A stretch of 64,000 nucleotides of DNA, from IMG/VR virus record IMGVR_UViG_3300020385_000005, positions 1 through 64,000 of that record. One strand, 5' to 3'. Below, piece after piece: positions 61,281 through 64,000 of the stretch. Under the pieces are notes generated by a model, which did no database searches, was not told where the DNA came from, and saw nothing but the letters and a program-made list of their open reading frames with translations. This stretch comes from a virus. How positions within the stretch are numbered: the stretch's first letter is position 1; the number at the start of each line of letters is the position of its first letter. Both the position numbers and the translations under genes were made by a program.

Positions 61281-64000
61281 ATGTCATTAATCAATCTTTT
61301 AAATGAACAAAAACAAGAGCAAGAAGTTTCCAATGTAAAAAGTACTGGACGCACAATTCTTTCTACTGCTGCTGTTGCAGGTACAGCTTACATGTTGAGC
61401 GAGAATATTAACTTAAAATCTGGTGTCAAAAAAACTTATGGGACTTTAAAGAACTCTAGTTCAGCGCAAAACGAGTTAGGTAAAGCAGGAATAGCAATAA
61501 GGAAAGACGCCGATGCATTAAAAACCATCATGGCGAGCAGTAGAAAGGAAAGTATAAAAAAGTTCAAGGAAACGGTTTTAAGTGATACTAGACTGAATGA
61601 ACTTTTTGATGAAGCTTCATCTCCAGAAGAAGCCCGTGCATTCTTATCTGCTTTGTTTGATACTGCTGATAGTCAGATGACAGACGATGCTACAGGGTTA
61701 GATGCTACAGTAAGAAAACTTTATGAAGAAGTAGGTTCTGGAAAAACAATTGAGCAAAAAGATAAAGATGCTGTTATAGATTTTTATAAAAACAACATAG
61801 CCCCTAGTGGGGCTAAGCTAGAAGAATTCAAAAAGCGACATGGCTTGATGATGAGAACTAAAGGTCAGTTTAATACTACTTTAGATAAGTTTACAACAAA
61901 AGGTACGAAAACTGTTGGATTTAAAGCAGCAAGCATGAGTGATTTGGATTCAAAAGCTCTTGGTAAGTTTCAGCAATTACAACGCTGGGCACCTGGAAAA
62001 AATATACAAATTGTTTCTATCGATGAATTTGCTGACCCAACCAATAGGGGGTTGGGTACTTCTCAATACGCAAGAATTGAACATGGGGGTCGCTATCATA
62101 ATGTAGCGTTAAAACTAGCCAAAGATCAGCATACTGGAATGGCAATAATTAGAGGCACTGAAGGGTTATCTACGCGCTATACTGTCAGTTCTGGAGTCAT
62201 AGATGCAACAAAATTATTTCCAGATCTAAACATAAACAATTTATCAACTCCAGGCGGTCATACAAAAGTAGGATTCAATCAAGCTTTTGATAAAGCAACA
62301 GTAAATATGGAGGATCATTTATTTAACATGATCCGAGAAAATAGAAACAGCTTTTTAAACTTTAATACTAGAAATATAAATCAATATAACGATTATATTA
62401 GATCGATGTCATTAGAGACACCAAGGACTATGGTTGGTGGACTTAATAGAAGTCGAACAGTTAATGGGGAGATTGTAAAATTAATAGATGATGATCTAAT
62501 GGAAGCACTAAATGAAAGTACAAGAATACAAGCTTCGACGCAAAGAATAGTTGGGTTGGAAAGGTTTGCTGCGAAAGATAGAGAAAATGTAACTAAACGA
62601 TTATTAGAATATAATAACGAACTCTATAGTGGAACTTCAGGTTCACAAACTTTAACTTCTAGATTCCAAGATCCATTTGATCTGGACAGAGAATTGGTGG
62701 TGGGACACATTACTCGTAGAGTAGACGCAAGTGGCAAGATGATGCCAACCCCAATGAACATGATGAAGCGTTATGGGCACATGGATGCTAGCATGAACCC
62801 CCAGAGCGCACGAAGTGTGCAGAATATAGGTAGGCCAGAAGTTGCTAGAGGTTTTGTAGGGGCAGATGCAGATGCAGTTTTTGGAAGGGGCAGAAAAGAC
62901 AGCACAGGCAACTTGATAGGACAATTAAAAATATCTGGAGCAGGCTCAGAATTGATTGGAATATCTAGTGACCCAATAGCTGAAAAAGCTAGAGGGGTCA
63001 ATTTAGGTGCAATTATGGTTTTTGAACATGCCAAGCAAGCTGTGCATGGAAAAAATGTAATTCAAAATCCTGCTTCAATGTTAGGTCTTGGGGAGGGGAT
63101 GAGCTATATTGGAGGTACAGTACAAATAAAGAAGGGATATACTAAGACTGTTAATTACGAAGGAGTAAATCAAAGTAAATTATTAACTGAAGTCTTAGCA
63201 GCTGCTGAAAATTCTGATAGGGGTTTTTTAACAATAGGATCTAAAGATGCAGGAGATGATTATGACATCGATGATTTTTTCAAAAAGTTTAGTGATGATG
63301 AAGGAAGGGCTGTCTTAGGGAAACAAGACGATAACATCATCCATATTAAGCGGCACCAAGGTATGAGAAGATTTACCTTGGGCTTGAGTGAAAAAAGCAA
63401 TGAAACAGGCAGAGATCGCTACCATTTAAAAGGTAAAATTTATCAAGATGCTCGGCATAATAAACTATTCTCTACATTTGCCAAAGACTCAACGCTTACA
63501 GTTAGTAAAGGCAGTATGATGCAAAAGTTGAATCAACTTGGGTTGGAAGATGTTGGAGATGTCTTCTTCAATGAAAAAGGTTTTGGTGGAAAAATTGCTA
63601 ACACTTTACTTACTAGTACTGCTCAAGTAGGTAAGTCCGCTCAATATTTAAGGACTCAAATCCATGGTGGAATGCGAATGCTTGGTACCGATGAAGATGC
63701 GCTTAATAAAGTCCTAGACGACACCATGAGGCAACTGAATGATGGCGATAAACTGCTAGCTGAAGTAAATAGCAGCTTATTAAAAAAAGAGCCGCATCTA
63801 ACGCAATTAGATCAAGTTACAGCTAAGCAAAGAAGTGCTTCTACTTTGGGCAAATTTTTTGAAAGCATTTCAGAAAGAGCCGCTAAAGAAGGTATTAAAA
63901 AAGAACATTTTTCAATGGTAATGTCATTCGCACAATACCAAGCAGAAGAGGGTAAGTTTGGATTAAATATAAAGTATTTTCAAAAGAAAGTTAGAGAAGG
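61281..64000 (+). CDS. large virion protein, 5' part only (more than 906 codons, open at window end)
   Basis: ATG 61281 (MSLINLLNEQKQ...). I translated the frame by eye to position 64000 and spot-checked codons at 62643 and 63963; no stop was found. It is absent from the ORF track, presumably because it has no stop. Confidence 0.6.
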   Translation, partial: MSLINLLNEQKQEQEVSNVKSTGRTILSTAAVAGTAYMLSENINLKSGVKKTYGTLKNSSSAQNELGKAGIAIRKDADALKTIMASSRKESIKKFKETVLSDTRLNELFDEASSPEEARAFLSALFDTADSQMTDDATGLDATVRKLYEEVGSGKTIEQKDKDAVIDFYKNNIAPSGAKLEEFKKRHGLMMRTKGQFNTTLDKFTTKGTKTVGFKAASMSDLDSKALGKFQQLQRWAPGKNIQIVSIDEFADPTNRGLGTSQYARIEHGGRYHNVALKLAKDQHTGMAIIRGTEGLSTRYTVSSGVIDATKLFPDLNINNLSTPGGHTKVGFNQAFDKATVNMEDHLFNMIRENRNSFLNFNTRNINQYNDYIRSMSLETPRTMVGGLNRSRTVNGEIVKLIDDDLMEALNESTRIQASTQRIVGLERFAAKDRENVTKRLLEYNNELYSGTSGSQTLTSRFQDPFDLDRELVVGHITRRVDASGKMMPTPMNMMKRYGHMDASMNPQSARSVQNIGRPEVARGFVGADADAVFGRGRKDSTGNLIGQLKISGAGSELIGISSDPIAEKARGVNLGAIMVFEHAKQAVHGKNVIQNPASMLGLGEGMSYIGGTVQIKKGYTKTVNYEGVNQSKLLTEVLAAAENSDRGFLTIGSKDAGDDYDIDDFFKKFSDDEGRAVLGKQDDNIIHIKRHQGMRRFTLGLSEKSNETGRDRYHLKGKIYQDARHNKLFSTFAKDSTLTVSKGSMMQKLNQLGLEDVGDVFFNEKGFGGKIANTLLTSTAQVGKSAQYLRTQIHGGMRMLGTDEDALNKVLDDTMRQLNDGDKLLAEVNSSLLKKEPHLTQLDQVTAKQRSASTLGKFFESISERAAKEGIKKEHFSMVMSFAQYQAEEGKFGLNIKYFQKKVRE

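Noticed and set aside
62652-63034. Two minus-strand ORFs (87-90 aa).
   Set aside because: They lie inside the long open plus-strand reading frame that starts at 61281.
1-64000. Stop-codon reassignment, CRISPR arrays, DGR/retron elements and rRNA.
   Set aside because: All long structural genes are intact in the standard code. I saw no repeat-spacer arrays, no reverse-transcriptase-like ORF and no rRNA-like sequence.

Overview
The window looks like one contiguous piece of a tailed dsDNA phage or prophage genome. Shine-Dalgarno usage is strong, which points to a bacterial host. It falls into three blocks. (1) 1-8.4 kb is AT-rich, with about 20 small minus-strand early-type ORFs of unknown function (several membrane or secreted), some unannotated micro-ORFs, and one tRNA-Lys(UUU). 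(2) About 8.4-22.4 kb is a minus-strand island with visibly higher G+C (judged by eye, not computed). It holds large ORF-free, hairpin-dense stretches that are candidate structured RNAs (about 8.5-9.0 kb and 10.0-11.5 kb). It also holds two Pro/Ala-rich proteins, a 2175-aa protein with a beta-prime-like VCG-DNDGD double-psi-barrel motif (candidate single-chain RNA polymerase), a multi-module lytic-transglycosylase-like envelope protein, and a secreted HExxH metallopeptidase. Four transcription units in this island end in a hairpin terminator followed by a conserved box. (3) 22.6-64 kb is mostly a plus-strand virion operon. It encodes a DEDDh-exonuclease/SNase giant protein, large terminase, portal, protease/scaffold, two abundant head proteins, a sheath-like protein and four tube-family paralogues. 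These are followed by two chaperone-position ORFs, a 1465-aa tape-measure-like protein, and a further ORF of more than 906 codons that runs off the window and is absent from the ORF track. I saw no CRISPR array, integrase, transposase, reverse transcriptase or rRNA. All functional calls rest on motifs recognised by eye; no searches or computations were run.
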